From the NCBI GenBank assembly GCA_035656115.1, contig DASRTD010000076.1, positions 18,481 to 82,480 of the forward strand: DNA of 64,000 bases, in the 5' to 3' direction. The position numbers and the translations under genes were made by a program. Position 1 is the first letter of the stretch; the number at the start of each line of letters is the position of its first letter. Positions 39,838 to 50,401 of this stretch are shown piece by piece. This DNA is from Mucilaginibacter sp. Lineage in GTDB: Bacteria > Bacteroidota > Bacteroidia > Sphingobacteriales > Sphingobacteriaceae. Below the pieces are notes generated by a model. It searched no databases, had not been told where the DNA came from, and saw only the letters and a program-made list of their open reading frames with translations.

Positions 39838-40377
39838 TTGAATTCCATGAATCTTTTACAGTTTTTACAGGATGCAGCAAAATACACCATCGCGGGTATC
39901 GGCGTGGTGTGTGTCGCCTTTTACCTCGTAAAGCCCTACCTTGAGCGGGATGAAAAATTGCACTTGCTTGAATTCAGAAAAACGCTGAGCAACCAAACCC
40001 TGCCCCTGAGGCTGCAGGCCTATGAGCGGCTGGTTTTATTTATCGAGCGTATTAACCCGGCGAATATGCTGATCAGGCTGAACGCTACTGCCTACACGGC
40101 GGTTGAATTGCAGAGCCTGGTAATGGAAGACCTCCGCTCTGAATATCAGCACAATATTACACAGCAGATATACGTAAGCACCCGTGCCTGGGCGGTTGTA
40201 AAACTGGTTAAGGACGATACCTTAAATATAGTAAGCAACGCTGTAAAGTCGCTGCCGGCGGATGCTTCCGGGCTCGATTTGAGTAAAACCATACTCGGTT
40301 ATTTAAGCCAGCTGGAAGATAATCCGTACGATGTCGCCGCAGGACGCTTGCGTAAAGATTTGGAAGAGTTGTTTTAA
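39838..40377 (+). CDS. Conserved hypothetical protein with N-terminal TM helix
   Basis: LRLQAYERLVLFIERINP and EYQHNITQQIY; hydrophobic N-terminus. Confidence 0.75.
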   Translation: MNSMNLLQFLQDAAKYTIAGIGVVCVAFYLVKPYLERDEKLHLLEFRKTLSNQTLPLRLQAYERLVLFIERINPANMLIRLNATAYTAVELQSLVMEDLRSEYQHNITQQIYVSTRAWAVVKLVKDDTLNIVSNAVKSLPADASGLDLSKTILGYLSQLEDNPYDVAAGRLRKDLEELF

Positions 40378-40498
40378 GGAGTCCGAAAAGTCCGAAAGTC
40401 CGGAAGTCCGAAAGACGAAGCATTTGTAAAATGGTATTCAATCGGTGCAATCAAACCACAGAATCGGTGTAATCCGTGAAAAAAAATCGGTGCAATCA

Positions 40499-42046
40499 GT
40501 GATAAAGAAAAAGATAACCACAACATCGGGTATTGAAATAAAGGAGGTTTATACCGGGCCGTCCGGTATGAGCGAACTGCCCGGCGAGTTCCCTTTTACC
40601 CGTGGCATTCAAAAGGATATGTACCGGGGCAAGCCGTGGACGATGCGGCAGTATGCCGGGTTTTCAACTGCCGAAGAATCCAATAAGCGTTACCATTATT
40701 TATTAGGCCAGGGTACCATGGGGCTTTCGGTGGCGTTTGACCTGCCTACGCAAATCGGCTACGATTCGGACCATGAGCTTGCCGAAGGCGAAGTTGGAAA
40801 AGTGGGCGTGGCGATCGATTCGTTAAAGGATATCGAGATATTGTTTGACGGAATTGCGCTGGCGGACATCACAACTTCCATGACCATTAATGCGACGGCG
40901 CCGATATTATTGGCGATGTACATCGCCCTTGCCAAAAAACAAGGGGCCGACCTGCTGCAGCTATCGGGAACGGTCCAGAATGACATTTTAAAAGAATACG
41001 CCGCCCGCGGCACCTATATTTATCCGCCCGAAGCCTCGATGCGGCTGATCACCGATGTTTTTGAATACTGTGCAAAGGAAGTGCCTAAATGGAACACCAT
41101 TTCTATTTCGGGTTACCACATTCGCGAAGCAGGATCTACCGCGGTGCAGGAGCTGGCTTTTACGCTGGCCAATGGCAAAACGTACTTAAAGGCTGCCATT
41201 GACAAAGGGCTCGACATCAACATTTTTGCCAAACGACTTTCCTTTTTCTTTAATTGCCACAACAATTTTTTCGAAGAGATCGCCAAATTCCGGGCCGCCA
41301 GGCGCATGTGGGCGCATATTACCAAAAGTTTGGGCGCTACCGAACCCGGCGCTCAGAAGCTGCGTTTTCATACGCAAACCGGCGGATCGACCTTAACGGC
41401 CCGGCAACCGATGAATAATATTGTACGGGTGAGTAACCAGGCGTTGGCAGCTGTTTTAGGCGGAACGCAATCATTGCATACCAACGGTTATGACGAGGCG
41501 CTCTCGCTCCCAACCGAAGCGGCCGCAAAAATAGCCCTGCGCACCCAGCAGATCATTGCTTTTGAAACCGGTGTTACCGACACTGTCGACCCTTTGGCAG
41601 GCTCCTATTTTATAGAAGCGCTGACGGACGAGCTTGAAAAAGCGGCCCAGCTTTATATAGATAAAATAGACGCTATGGGCGGTTCGGTAAAAGCAATAGA
41701 GCAGGATTTTATACAACAGGAAATTGCCCGGTCGGCATATATCTACCAAAATGAAATTGAGCAGGGCGAGCGAGTATTGGTCGGCGTGAACCGCTTTACC
41801 GATGCCGGGGCGGCCACGCCCGGGTTATTCCGCGTGGATGATTCCATCCGGCAGCGACAGGCAGACAAGATAAGCCAATTGAAAAAAGAGCGCGATAATA
41901 ATGCTGTAAAAAAATGCCTTGAACGCCTCGGCGCGGCGGCAACAGGTACTGAAAACCTTATGCCCTTCATCCTTAGCGCAGTTGAAAATTATGCAACGCT
42001 TGGAGAAATTTCAGATACGCTCAGGGCCGTTTTTGGCGAATATTAA
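40499..42046 (+). CDS. Methylmalonyl-CoA mutase, stand-alone substrate-binding (large) subunit
   Basis: [21 protein letters not shown] and [12 protein letters not shown]; no DxHxxG B12-binding domain. GTG start at 40499 inferred because the longer N-terminus is repeat DNA. Confidence 0.88.
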   Translation: MIKKKITTTSGIEIKEVYTGPSGMSELPGEFPFTRGIQKDMYRGKPWTMRQYAGFSTAEESNKRYHYLLGQGTMGLSVAFDLPTQIGYDSDHELAEGEVGKVGVAIDSLKDIEILFDGIALADITTSMTINATAPILLAMYIALAKKQGADLLQLSGTVQNDILKEYAARGTYIYPPEASMRLITDVFEYCAKEVPKWNTISISGYHIREAGSTAVQELAFTLANGKTYLKAAIDKGLDINIFAKRLSFFFNCHNNFFEEIAKFRAARRMWAHITKSLGATEPGAQKLRFHTQTGGSTLTARQPMNNIVRVSNQALAAVLGGTQSLHTNGYDEALSLPTEAAAKIALRTQQIIAFETGVTDTVDPLAGSYFIEALTDELEKAAQLYIDKIDAMGGSVKAIEQDFIQQEIARSAYIYQNEIEQGERVLVGVNRFTDAGAATPGLFRVDDSIRQRQADKISQLKKERDNNAVKKCLERLGAAATGTENLMPFILSAVENYATLGEISDTLRAVFGEY

Positions 42047-42441
42047 AAGCTTTTTCGGCCACACCTTAGCCTGCGGGGCGAAAGCAATTCTCCAGGCGGC
42101 GAAGCCCAAAAAAGGCCGGATTTTTGACCTTTAAAATTAACTATTAATATAAAATTGTAATCGACTAAAAACCATAATGCGCCTTATCTGTTTGTTTTTG
42201 AGCTTATTTGCAAATGAAATTGTCGGATGAGTTAATTGCCAGATATTTAAGGCCTTCCGGCGGCTTAATATAACATTTTATGTGAAATTACTACTATGAA
42301 CTGCTTTATTTTATCATAAATTTATTTCTGCAAAAAGTTAAAATTTTATTTTTTTATCCCCTTTTTTTTTGAATATTCGAGGTTCCGAAACGGGGGTAAG
42401 AGATAGTTCGCTGGTGAGTTGGAAATCAATATTTTAATAAA

Positions 42442-43875
42442 ATGCATATGGAAAAAACTTGTACTAACGTCTGGAATAACTGCCTTCAAATCATTAAGGA
42501 CAACATCCCGGCCCAGAGTTTTAAGACCTGGTTCGAGCCGATAAAGGCCCTGAGAATTGAAGGAAGTGTTTTAACCATACAAGTACCAAGTTTATTTTTT
42601 TATGAATGGCTGGAGGAACATTACGTTGGCTTGCTGCGCAAAACGATTAAAAAACAATTGGGCGACGACGGACGTTTGGAGTACAATATTGTAGTGGAAC
42701 AATCATCTTCGGCAAAACCCTATACTACGAATTTACCTTCAAACGGGAACGGTGCCGAATCAAAAAATCAATCCATGCCGATACCCATTTCTATAAATAA
42801 AGATATCAAAAACCCATTTGTAATACCGGGTTTAAAAAAGCTGAACGTTGACCCGCAGCTCAACCGTAACTACACTTTCAGTAATTTTGTTGAAGGCGAT
42901 TGTAACCGTTTGGCAAGATCGGCGGGGTATGCTGTGGCGGCAAAGCCGGGCGGTACTTCATTTAACCCGCTGATGATATATGGCGGCGTGGGTTTGGGCA
43001 AAACCCACCTGGCGCAGGCCATTGGCAATGAAATTAAACAAACCCTGCCCGATAAACTGGTGCTTTACGTATCCTGCGAAAAGTTTACCCAGCAGTTCGT
43101 CGATGCGCTTAAGCATAATAACATCAACGATTTTGTGAATTTTTACCAGGCCATCGATGTGCTGATCATGGATGATGTGCACAACTTTGCCGGCAAGGAA
43201 AAAACACAGGATTTCTTCTTCCATATTTTTAACCATTTGCACCAATCCGGTAAGCAGGTGATCATCACTTCAGATAAGGCGCCAAAAGACCTGGCCGGTT
43301 TGGAAGAACGACTGTTGTCAAGGTTTAAGTGGGGTTTATCCGCCGATTTGCAGATCCCGGACCTGGAAACCCGCATGGCTATCCTGAAAAACAAAACTTA
43401 CCAGGACGGCATCGAGCTTTCGAACGATGTAATAGAGTACGTTGCGCATAACATCGACAACAACGTGCGCGAGCTGGAAGGCGCCATGGTATCCCTGCTT
43501 GCCCAATCCACGCTGAACCGCAAGGAGATCGACCTGGCTTTAGCCAAGCAAATGCTGAAGAACTTTGTAAAAAATTCTTCCAAGGAAATTTCGATGGAGT
43601 ACATCCAAAATTTGGTTTGTGAGTATTTCGAGGTACCGATTGAAATGGTAAAATCGCAAACCCGCAAACGCGAGATCGTACAAGCGCGGCAGATATCGAT
43701 GTACCTGGCCAAGGCCCATACCAAAAGCTCGTTAAAATCCATTGGCCACTTCTTCGGCGGCCGCGACCACTCCACCGTGATCTATGCATGCCAAACCGTG
43801 GAGGATTTGATCGATACCGATAAGAAGTTTAAAGGGTATGTGGCGGATATACAGAAGAAGCTGAAGATGACGTAA
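42442..43875 (+). CDS. dnaA: Chromosomal replication initiator
   Basis: YGGVGLGKTH, LIMDDV, RLLSRF, VRELEG and FGGRDHSTV motifs; start may be MEKT at 42448. Confidence 0.97.
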   Translation: MHMEKTCTNVWNNCLQIIKDNIPAQSFKTWFEPIKALRIEGSVLTIQVPSLFFYEWLEEHYVGLLRKTIKKQLGDDGRLEYNIVVEQSSSAKPYTTNLPSNGNGAESKNQSMPIPISINKDIKNPFVIPGLKKLNVDPQLNRNYTFSNFVEGDCNRLARSAGYAVAAKPGGTSFNPLMIYGGVGLGKTHLAQAIGNEIKQTLPDKLVLYVSCEKFTQQFVDALKHNNINDFVNFYQAIDVLIMDDVHNFAGKEKTQDFFFHIFNHLHQSGKQVIITSDKAPKDLAGLEERLLSRFKWGLSADLQIPDLETRMAILKNKTYQDGIELSNDVIEYVAHNIDNNVRELEGAMVSLLAQSTLNRKEIDLALAKQMLKNFVKNSSKEISMEYIQNLVCEYFEVPIEMVKSQTRKREIVQARQISMYLAKAHTKSSLKSIGHFFGGRDHSTVIYACQTVEDLIDTDKKFKGYVADIQKKLKMT

Positions 43876-43899
43876 TTGTCAATGAGATAAAGATATTGG

Positions 43900-43923
43900 A
43901 GCCTCGCTTTGCGGGGCTTTTTT
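43900..43923 (+). terminator. Intrinsic terminator after dnaA
   Basis: AGCCTCGC-TTT-GCGGGGCT stem followed by a T-run. Confidence 0.75.
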
Positions 43924-43954
43924 GTGAAAGTTGGCAATAGAAGGGTGCAATTTA

Positions 43955-44049
43955 ATAAAGAAAATTCTTGATAAAAACAAGCAAATCACTGAAAAAATTA
44001 GTGTCCCAGGTGTCCCAGGTGTATTCATCTGTTCCAGGTGGTTCAGGTG
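43955..44049 (-). repeat. 95-bp dispersed repeat, copy 2 (inverted)
   Basis: Reverse complement matches 5721..5815 at 87/95. Confidence 0.9.
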
Positions 44050-44135
44050 ATCCAGGGCGGACAAAGACGAATATTTTACATGTCTATCAAGGTTCAAAGA
44101 TCAGTGTGATCATAAAAATCAGGTTAATCAGCGGT

Positions 44136-44846
44136 TCAGAATATTCTTTGCTGTATCACCGCCATAAACCTGTCCTTAAATTTTTCGCTGATCGGTATCT
44201 GTTTATTGGCGATATAAATGTGGTTGTCCTGTATTTTATTAATCTGTTTGGTATTGACGATGTAGGAATTGTGCACCCGCACAAAAGGGGCTGTTAGTTG
44301 CTCGTCGATATCTTTCAGCCTGCGATAGATGAGCAACTGGCTGCCAGGTGTTACTACGCGGACATATTCTTTTTCCCCCTCGAAATATTGTATATCCTCC
44401 AGCAGGATCTTCCTTAACTCCTTGCCCGATTTTACAAAGAAATATTCCTGGCCGGGCGAATGCACCGCTTTCTCGGCGCCGTTATGACTGCTAAAGTAGG
44501 CATCAATCTTCTGCATGGCCGCCAAAAACCTTTTTAGCGTAATGGGTTTCAGCAGGTAATCAATGGTTTGAAAAGTATAGCTTTCGGCGGCATATTCGGA
44601 ATACGCAGTTGTAAAAACGATCTTCGTTTCATCAGGAAGGAGGCCGGCCAGTTCCATGCCGGTTAGCTGGGGCATATTGATATCGAGGAAGATAAAATCC
44701 GGTTTATGGTCCTTCATGAAGGCCATAGCCTCAAGGGCGTCGTAGCATTTGCCCAGCACGTCCCATTTGGTATTCTGCCTTACCAGTATCTCCAGCAGGT
44801 TTACCGCGTTTGGCTCGTCATCGATTATTACGCAGCTTAAACTCAT
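44136..44846 (-). CDS. LytTR family response regulator
   Basis: IIDDE, FLDINMP, DYLLKP and FVRVHNSYIVN motifs. Confidence 0.93.
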   Translation of the reverse strand: MSLSCVIIDDEPNAVNLLEILVRQNTKWDVLGKCYDALEAMAFMKDHKPDFIFLDINMPQLTGMELAGLLPDETKIVFTTAYSEYAAESYTFQTIDYLLKPITLKRFLAAMQKIDAYFSSHNGAEKAVHSPGQEYFFVKSGKELRKILLEDIQYFEGEKEYVRVVTPGSQLLIYRRLKDIDEQLTAPFVRVHNSYIVNTKQINKIQDNHIYIANKQIPISEKFKDRFMAVIQQRIF

Positions 44847-45865
44847 TGGTTAACGGGTACTTTTAAAAAAGCAGTAAAAACGTCATTTTCGGCACTGGTA
44901 TAAAGTTCAAAGTTCTCACCGTACAAAAAAGTAAGCCGTTTCCGGAGGTTTTCGATGCCAAAGCCCCGGTGCTCAGCAGCGCCTGGAAGGTTAGGCATGT
45001 TGTTTTTTGTTTGAAACACCAGGTAGCCATCCAACTGCACAAGCGACAGTTCAACTTTATTTTCGCTGCTGGACTTATCGATCCCGTGTTTAAAAATGTT
45101 CTCTACAAAAGTCATCAGCAGCATGGGTGGTATGCGCAGTTCTTTATTGCAGTCCTGGATAAAATTCAGGTCGATACTATGCCTCACCCTTATTTTCTCC
45201 AGGGCAATATAATTTTCCAGGAATTGTATTTCCGTCGACAGGGATACTTCATCTTTAGGGCTTTCATCTACAAAATAGCGCATAATGTCCGACAGGCGTT
45301 CAATCAACTTTGCCGTGCGCGGGGCCTCGCGGTAGGCTTCGTAATAAATGTTGTTTAATGTATTGAAAAGAAAGTGCGGCTGCACCTGTGATTTAAGCAG
45401 GTTTAATTCAGCCTGGCTTTTTTGCACCAGCATTTTTTCGGATTGCTGTTTTAGTGTGAAATAGGCGATGGCAATGCGAAAAACAAAACTGAGCAGGTAG
45501 GTAAGGAAGCCCGCGAGCACATAATAGAGCATTGTCTCCGGTGTGAACTGCTCATGTTCTTTCGGATAAAAATGATTGTTGATCTTTGTGATAACGAAAC
45601 CCCTTGCAATTCCTACCCCGATCAGCAGAATCATCACCAGGATCACATAAATGATTTTTTTATCCTTCAGCCAAAACCGCGGGAACAGTAACGAAATGTT
45701 CCCGTAAATGATCATGATGTAAAAGAAGACATTGATCGGTGTGAAAATGACCGCATAGCTGATGCCGTCCATCGGCAAGACTGAAAAAAAGAAAATCAAA
45801 AACACCGCTATCCAAACCAGCCATTGCAGCCGCGTGGTTAAAGGCATCCGTTTAATAAAATTCAT
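44843..45865 (-). CDS. LytS/YehU-type sensor histidine kinase
   Basis: N-terminal TM helices; LKSQVQPHFLFNTLNNIY, FVENIFKHG and GFGIENL motifs. Confidence 0.93.
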   Translation of the reverse strand: MNFIKRMPLTTRLQWLVWIAVFLIFFFSVLPMDGISYAVIFTPINVFFYIMIIYGNISLLFPRFWLKDKKIIYVILVMILLIGVGIARGFVITKINNHFYPKEHEQFTPETMLYYVLAGFLTYLLSFVFRIAIAYFTLKQQSEKMLVQKSQAELNLLKSQVQPHFLFNTLNNIYYEAYREAPRTAKLIERLSDIMRYFVDESPKDEVSLSTEIQFLENYIALEKIRVRHSIDLNFIQDCNKELRIPPMLLMTFVENIFKHGIDKSSSENKVELSLVQLDGYLVFQTKNNMPNLPGAAEHRGFGIENLRKRLTFLYGENFELYTSAENDVFTAFLKVPVNQ

Positions 45866-46078
45866 TTTTAAAAGTACAAAGGTTTTTGGTTTTGGCTAAT
45901 TGTTTTCAATAATCGGGCTGGTTTATTTAACGGATTACGGCCGGCTGGATAAACGAGCGGTTGATTTTATCACCCAAATCATTAAAAATAAAGGGGAACG
46001 GGTTGAATAGTTTTGTCGTTTTGCAGGTGAAAATTCAGCTTTAAACCAAATTATCAACATAAACTAAAACTTGTAACC

Positions 46079-47197
46079 ATGAAAAAGATATTATTAGCCG
46101 TAATGATGACAGCAGCGCTGTTTGTCATACGTCCGGACAGCTCCCGTGCTCAATTAACGTCTTTGCCCGATGCAGGCAACCGCCGCGCTACCGTGAGCGA
46201 AGGTATTGGCATTACTGATGTAACCATTCATTATAACCGCCCGCATGTAAAAGGCAGAGAAGGGCATATTTGGGGCCAGTTGATCCCTGTCGGCTATGTC
46301 GACCAGGGGTTTGGGCCATCGAAATCGGCCCCGTGGCGCGCGGGGGCTAATGAAAACACCTGGATAGAATTTTCTACCGACGTGATGATAGAGGGTCAGG
46401 CGTTGCCGGCCGGCAAATATGGTTTCACGGTGGCCTATGACCCCAATGAGTGTACGCTGATCTTTTCAAAAAACTACACTTCCTGGGGCAGCTTTTTTTA
46501 CGATCCGTCAGAAGACGCCCTCCGGGTAAAAGTTAAACCCGTGACAGCCGACAAAAGTGTGGAATGGTTGAAATACGAGTTCACTGATCAAAAACCCGAA
46601 AGCGCCGTAGTGCTGTTGCAATGGGAAAAGCTATCCATTCCGTTTAAAATATCAGTAGATGTAAATACAACGCAAATTGCCTCGTTCAGGAAAGAACTGC
46701 GCAGCGAAAAAGGCTTTACCTGGGAAGCATGGGACCAGGCTGCCGCCTATTGTGCTCAAAATAAAACCAACCTCGACCAGGCGCTTCTGTGGGCCGATAC
46801 CGCCACCAGCGTAACATTTGGCGGCAACCAAAGCTTCCAACCCTGGAGCACAAAAGCGGCAGTTTTAGATAGCCTGGGCCGCACTGCTGAAGGAGATGCC
46901 GCCATGAAAAAGGCGCTGCCCTATGGCAATGTAAATGAACTTTACTTTTACGCCCGTACCCTTGCCCGCGCCAAACGGGGTAAAGATGCATTCGAAATTT
47001 TTAAATACGACTATGATAAACATCCCGACGAGTTTATAACCAATGCGGGAATGGCCAGGGCTTACTCCGCCATTGGCGATTACAAAAAGGCTTTACCTTA
47101 TGCCCAGAAGGCGCAGATACAAGCACCCGACCCGGCCAACAAAGCCAATATGGACAAGTTTGTACAAACACTGCAGGATGGGAAGGACATAAATTAA
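46079..47197 (+). CDS. Exported DUF2911-domain protein with C-terminal TPR
   Basis: Signal peptide; YNRPHVKGR, WRAGANENT and LPAGKY; helical repeats at the C-terminus. Confidence 0.8.
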   Translation: MKKILLAVMMTAALFVIRPDSSRAQLTSLPDAGNRRATVSEGIGITDVTIHYNRPHVKGREGHIWGQLIPVGYVDQGFGPSKSAPWRAGANENTWIEFSTDVMIEGQALPAGKYGFTVAYDPNECTLIFSKNYTSWGSFFYDPSEDALRVKVKPVTADKSVEWLKYEFTDQKPESAVVLLQWEKLSIPFKISVDVNTTQIASFRKELRSEKGFTWEAWDQAAAYCAQNKTNLDQALLWADTATSVTFGGNQSFQPWSTKAAVLDSLGRTAEGDAAMKKALPYGNVNELYFYARTLARAKRGKDAFEIFKYDYDKHPDEFITNAGMARAYSAIGDYKKALPYAQKAQIQAPDPANKANMDKFVQTLQDGKDIN

Positions 47198-47269
47198 AAG
47201 GCCAAAGGTAAAGGAACCTACGCCTAAATAATATACAAAAACAATCAACTATAAATCTCCTGATCCCAA

Positions 47270-47320
47270 AAATCCCTCCGTGCGCCGTCGCTAAAGCTAA
47301 GGCGCACAAAGGAGGGATTT
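47270..47320. repeat. Intergenic GC-rich hairpin (REP-like or terminator)
   Basis: AAATCCCTCC/GGAGGGATTT outer stem plus GTGCGCC/GGCGCAC inner stem. Confidence 0.6.
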
Positions 47321-47347
47321 AGGGTGAGGCGGAAACTTTAAAACTTT

Positions 47348-48220
47348 ATGCAACTCATATCCTGGCTAACACGCGAAATATGTTATGGCATCGTCATCAC
47401 CTGGTGCAGCTTTTTCTCGCTGTTTGGGCAAAGTGCGCCAACAGCCGCGATCATCGATAACAACGCCCGGCCGCAGGTATTTTTGCAGGACGGAATAGCA
47501 TCGCCTAATGATGAATCGACACCATCATTTACCGCCGACGGCAAAACATTGTACCTGTGCGACAGCTCGAAAATATGTGTCTCGCAATGGGCCAACGGTA
47601 AATGGACAACTCCTAAAACGGTGTCTTTTTCGGGCAAGTTTACGGACTGGGACCCTTTTTTAAGCCCCGATGGCAAGCGGCTCATCTTCGTATCCAGCCG
47701 CCCTGTTCCCGGTGCGCCGGTCGGTCAAAAAAACAACCATTTATGGTATGTTGACCTGCAGGCAAACGGCAATTGGTCGGAAGCACACCACCTGGATGAG
47801 CCGGTGAATGTAAATGGGGTGGTGGCTTATGCACCCTGCCTAACCCGTAATGGTACGGTAAGCTTTTGCTCGCGTAACCGCGACGGCCACAAAGGTATGG
47901 GGGGCTACTGGGCCAAATGGCAGGGCGGCCATTATGAGAAGCCAATTCAGCTGAAGCTAAACGGCGATAGCGCTATTTTCGATCCGTATATATCACCGGA
48001 TGAAAGCTATTTGATATTCGCCAGTGGCGGCGATCTCTATATCAGTTACCGCAAGGGTGATGACTGGACCCAGGGGCAAAAACTGGGCCCGCAGGTGAAT
48101 GATGGCGGCCCGAACGGCAGCCCCTATGTATCACCCGACGGCAAAATGCTGTATTATTCATCCTATAAAGTAAATGCCATTATGATGATCCCAATACACA
48201 TTCCAACGCAAATAAATTAG
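47348..48220 (+). CDS. PD40 (WD40-like/TolB-like) beta-propeller protein
   Basis: Five repeats such as TPSFTADGK, DPFLSPDGKRLIF, DPYISPDESYLIF and SPYVSPDGKMLYY. Confidence 0.82.
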   Translation: MQLISWLTREICYGIVITWCSFFSLFGQSAPTAAIIDNNARPQVFLQDGIASPNDESTPSFTADGKTLYLCDSSKICVSQWANGKWTTPKTVSFSGKFTDWDPFLSPDGKRLIFVSSRPVPGAPVGQKNNHLWYVDLQANGNWSEAHHLDEPVNVNGVVAYAPCLTRNGTVSFCSRNRDGHKGMGGYWAKWQGGHYEKPIQLKLNGDSAIFDPYISPDESYLIFASGGDLYISYRKGDDWTQGQKLGPQVNDGGPNGSPYVSPDGKMLYYSSYKVNAIMMIPIHIPTQIN

Positions 48221-48223
48221 CAT

Positions 48224-48934
48224 ATGGAAATTATTCTGATCGGTGTGTCAATGATCGGCGGTGCATTGCTAAGCCTGGTGTTCAGGCCTGATGGTGCGCT
48301 AACCCTCAAACTGGCACGTGCTTACATTGGGCTCGTAATGCTCTTAAGCGCAGGAGCGTGGGTGTTTTATTTTGCAGGGATCAAAAATCAGTTTATCGGC
48401 GGGCTGCTGGCCGGTATTATCAGTTCGGGCAAATACCCGGCCCGTGTACTTTTGGGCCTCCTGGTTACCAATATTTTTCTCTCCATCAAGAATATTGATG
48501 ATGACTACCCTATCAAAAAGCTCGCCCGGCTTACCTTAACGGGCGTTTCGCTCGCAACGGGCCTGTCGTTTTTAATTGCCACCGAAGGCAAGGCGGCCAA
48601 CATGGGTGACATGATCGCTTTTTTCAAACAATCGGGTTATGCCGTATGGTTTTTATATTTTATTATGGCGATGGAAGCGTTGGGGGCCATCGGTGTTTTG
48701 CTTCATTTTAAATTGAAAAGCGGCCCCCTGGCTACTACCGGCTTAATGCTGATCATGATCGGCGCCCTCTACACACATCGGCACAATAACGACCCCTTTT
48801 CCGACTCCTATGCCGCTATCAGCCAGTTTACAACCCTTGGGATCATGCTCATCCTTTTTTATTTTGAACGCGAAGTCGGCGCCGTGCCGGCAAAGCCCGA
48901 AACCGCTTCCGCTGCCGCAGCGATGGTTACATGA
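48224..48934 (+). CDS. DoxX-family membrane protein
   Basis: Multiple TM helices; FFKQSGYA..F.YFIMAMEALG and IMIGALYTH. Confidence 0.7.
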   Translation: MEIILIGVSMIGGALLSLVFRPDGALTLKLARAYIGLVMLLSAGAWVFYFAGIKNQFIGGLLAGIISSGKYPARVLLGLLVTNIFLSIKNIDDDYPIKKLARLTLTGVSLATGLSFLIATEGKAANMGDMIAFFKQSGYAVWFLYFIMAMEALGAIGVLLHFKLKSGPLATTGLMLIMIGALYTHRHNNDPFSDSYAAISQFTTLGIMLILFYFEREVGAVPAKPETASAAAAMVT

Positions 48935-48982
48935 TCGTTTTTATACCTGTGGGCAAATGCCTAACTTCATGCCCTGTAAGGT

Positions 48983-50167
48983 ATGAATCAAAATTTGCAA
49001 AAGCTGTTTCAAATTGCCCGTAAGGAGGAAAAATTGGCTATTGGGCTGATGTCGGGCACCTCGTTGGACGGACTGGACATTGCCCTTTGCAGCTTTACGG
49101 GAAGCGGCAGGCAAACTAAATTCAGGCTGCTCAAATTCATTACCATTCCCTATACGGCGGCATTTAAACATGAAATGCAAACTATATTTGCCAAAAGACA
49201 AGCCGATTTGGAGAAAGTTTGCCTGCTCAATGCGTTTATCGGCAATTTTCATGGCGAGCTGGTTTTGCGGGCGCTCAGCCAATGGCGAATAAACCCGGCC
49301 GATATTGACTTCATCTCCAGCCATGGCCAAACCATTTATCATGCCCCAAAAAGATTGCATCCGCAGAAAGATTACCCGAATGCCACCTTGCAAATTGGTG
49401 ACGGCGATCACCTGGCGGTAAAAACAGGTATTTTAACCATCAGCGATTTCCGGCAAAAGCACATAGCAGCAGGCGGAGAGGGGGCACCGCTGGCTTTATA
49501 TGGCGATGTAATATTAGGCAGCAAAGCCGGCGAGAACCGGATATTACTCAACATCGGCGGCATAGCCAACCTTACCTGGCTGCCGGGTGATGAAAATTAC
49601 GACGATGTTTTATGTACCGATATTGGCCCGGGCAATACCCTGATCGATGCGGCTTGCCGAAAGTTTTTTGATTTGCCTTATGATGAAGATTCGAAAATTG
49701 CCTTATCAGGTAAGGTAAATAAATCGCTGCTGGACGCACTGCTTAGCCACCCGTTTTTCATCGAGAAAGCACCAAAAACCACCGGACCTGAATTGTTCAA
49801 CCTGGAATATGTTGCGAATGCTCAGCAACAATCACACACCGCCGCAATAAGAAATGAAGACCTTATTTGCACGCTCAGCGCCTTCACCGCCAAAAGCATT
49901 GCTGATTTTATTTCGAGTAATTTCAAGGCAATTGAGATCGGTATTTTCACCAGCGGCGGCGGCGCAAGGAATATTTATATCATCGATTATTTAAAAAAAG
50001 CTCTGCCCGGCGCAAAAATTTCCGGAACGGATGCATTAGGGATCGACCCGGATGCAAAGGAAGCCATTTTATTCGCCTTGCTCGGCAACGAGGCAATCAG
50101 CGGTGAGCCGATGTACATTGGCAGCACCCCAGCTGTTTTGATGGGGAAGTTTAGCTTTGCGATTTAA
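48983..50167 (+). CDS. anmK: Anhydro-N-acetylmuramic acid kinase
   Basis: IGLMSGTSLDG, SHGQTIYH, DFRQK..AAGGEGAPL, NIGGIAN and DIGPGN motifs. Confidence 0.95.
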   Translation: MNQNLQKLFQIARKEEKLAIGLMSGTSLDGLDIALCSFTGSGRQTKFRLLKFITIPYTAAFKHEMQTIFAKRQADLEKVCLLNAFIGNFHGELVLRALSQWRINPADIDFISSHGQTIYHAPKRLHPQKDYPNATLQIGDGDHLAVKTGILTISDFRQKHIAAGGEGAPLALYGDVILGSKAGENRILLNIGGIANLTWLPGDENYDDVLCTDIGPGNTLIDAACRKFFDLPYDEDSKIALSGKVNKSLLDALLSHPFFIEKAPKTTGPELFNLEYVANAQQQSHTAAIRNEDLICTLSAFTAKSIADFISSNFKAIEIGIFTSGGGARNIYIIDYLKKALPGAKISGTDALGIDPDAKEAILFALLGNEAISGEPMYIGSTPAVLMGKFSFAI

Positions 50168-50177
50168 AATATAGTCG

Positions 50178-50390
50178 CTATTCCAATTCCCTGCACTCAA
50201 ATCCAGCTGTTTTTAGCAACGTTTCGATATGTCTCGGCGAAACATCTTTCGCTTCGATCCTTAAAATATTGTCGCAATCTTCCAGGTCAAAATTCCAGTG
50301 GTTGATCGACGGGATAGCGGTCAGCAGGGGTTTAACCCTGCTAACCTGCCGTGGTTTTTCAACACTTGTAGCAAATACCAGCACTTCCAT
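50178..50390 (-). CDS. Small conserved protein, HMA/ferredoxin-like pattern
   Basis: 70 aa, WNFDLEDCDNILRIE; 11 bp downstream of the SRPBCC gene on the same strand. Confidence 0.7.
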   Translation of the reverse strand: MEVLVFATSVEKPRQVSRVKPLLTAIPSINHWNFDLEDCDNILRIEAKDVSPRHIETLLKTAGFECRELE

Positions 50391-50401
50391 TTTTCAAAGT
50401 A

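Noticed and set aside
42047-42441. oriC next to dnaA
   Set aside because: AT-rich, but I found no cluster of TTATCCACA-like boxes here or downstream, and dnaN/gyrB are absent. Separation of oriC from dnaA is common in Bacteroidota.
45920-46005. LytTR boxes between the kinase and DUF2911 genes
   Set aside because: Only AACG(G/A) pentamers at roughly 23-bp multiples; too degenerate to support.
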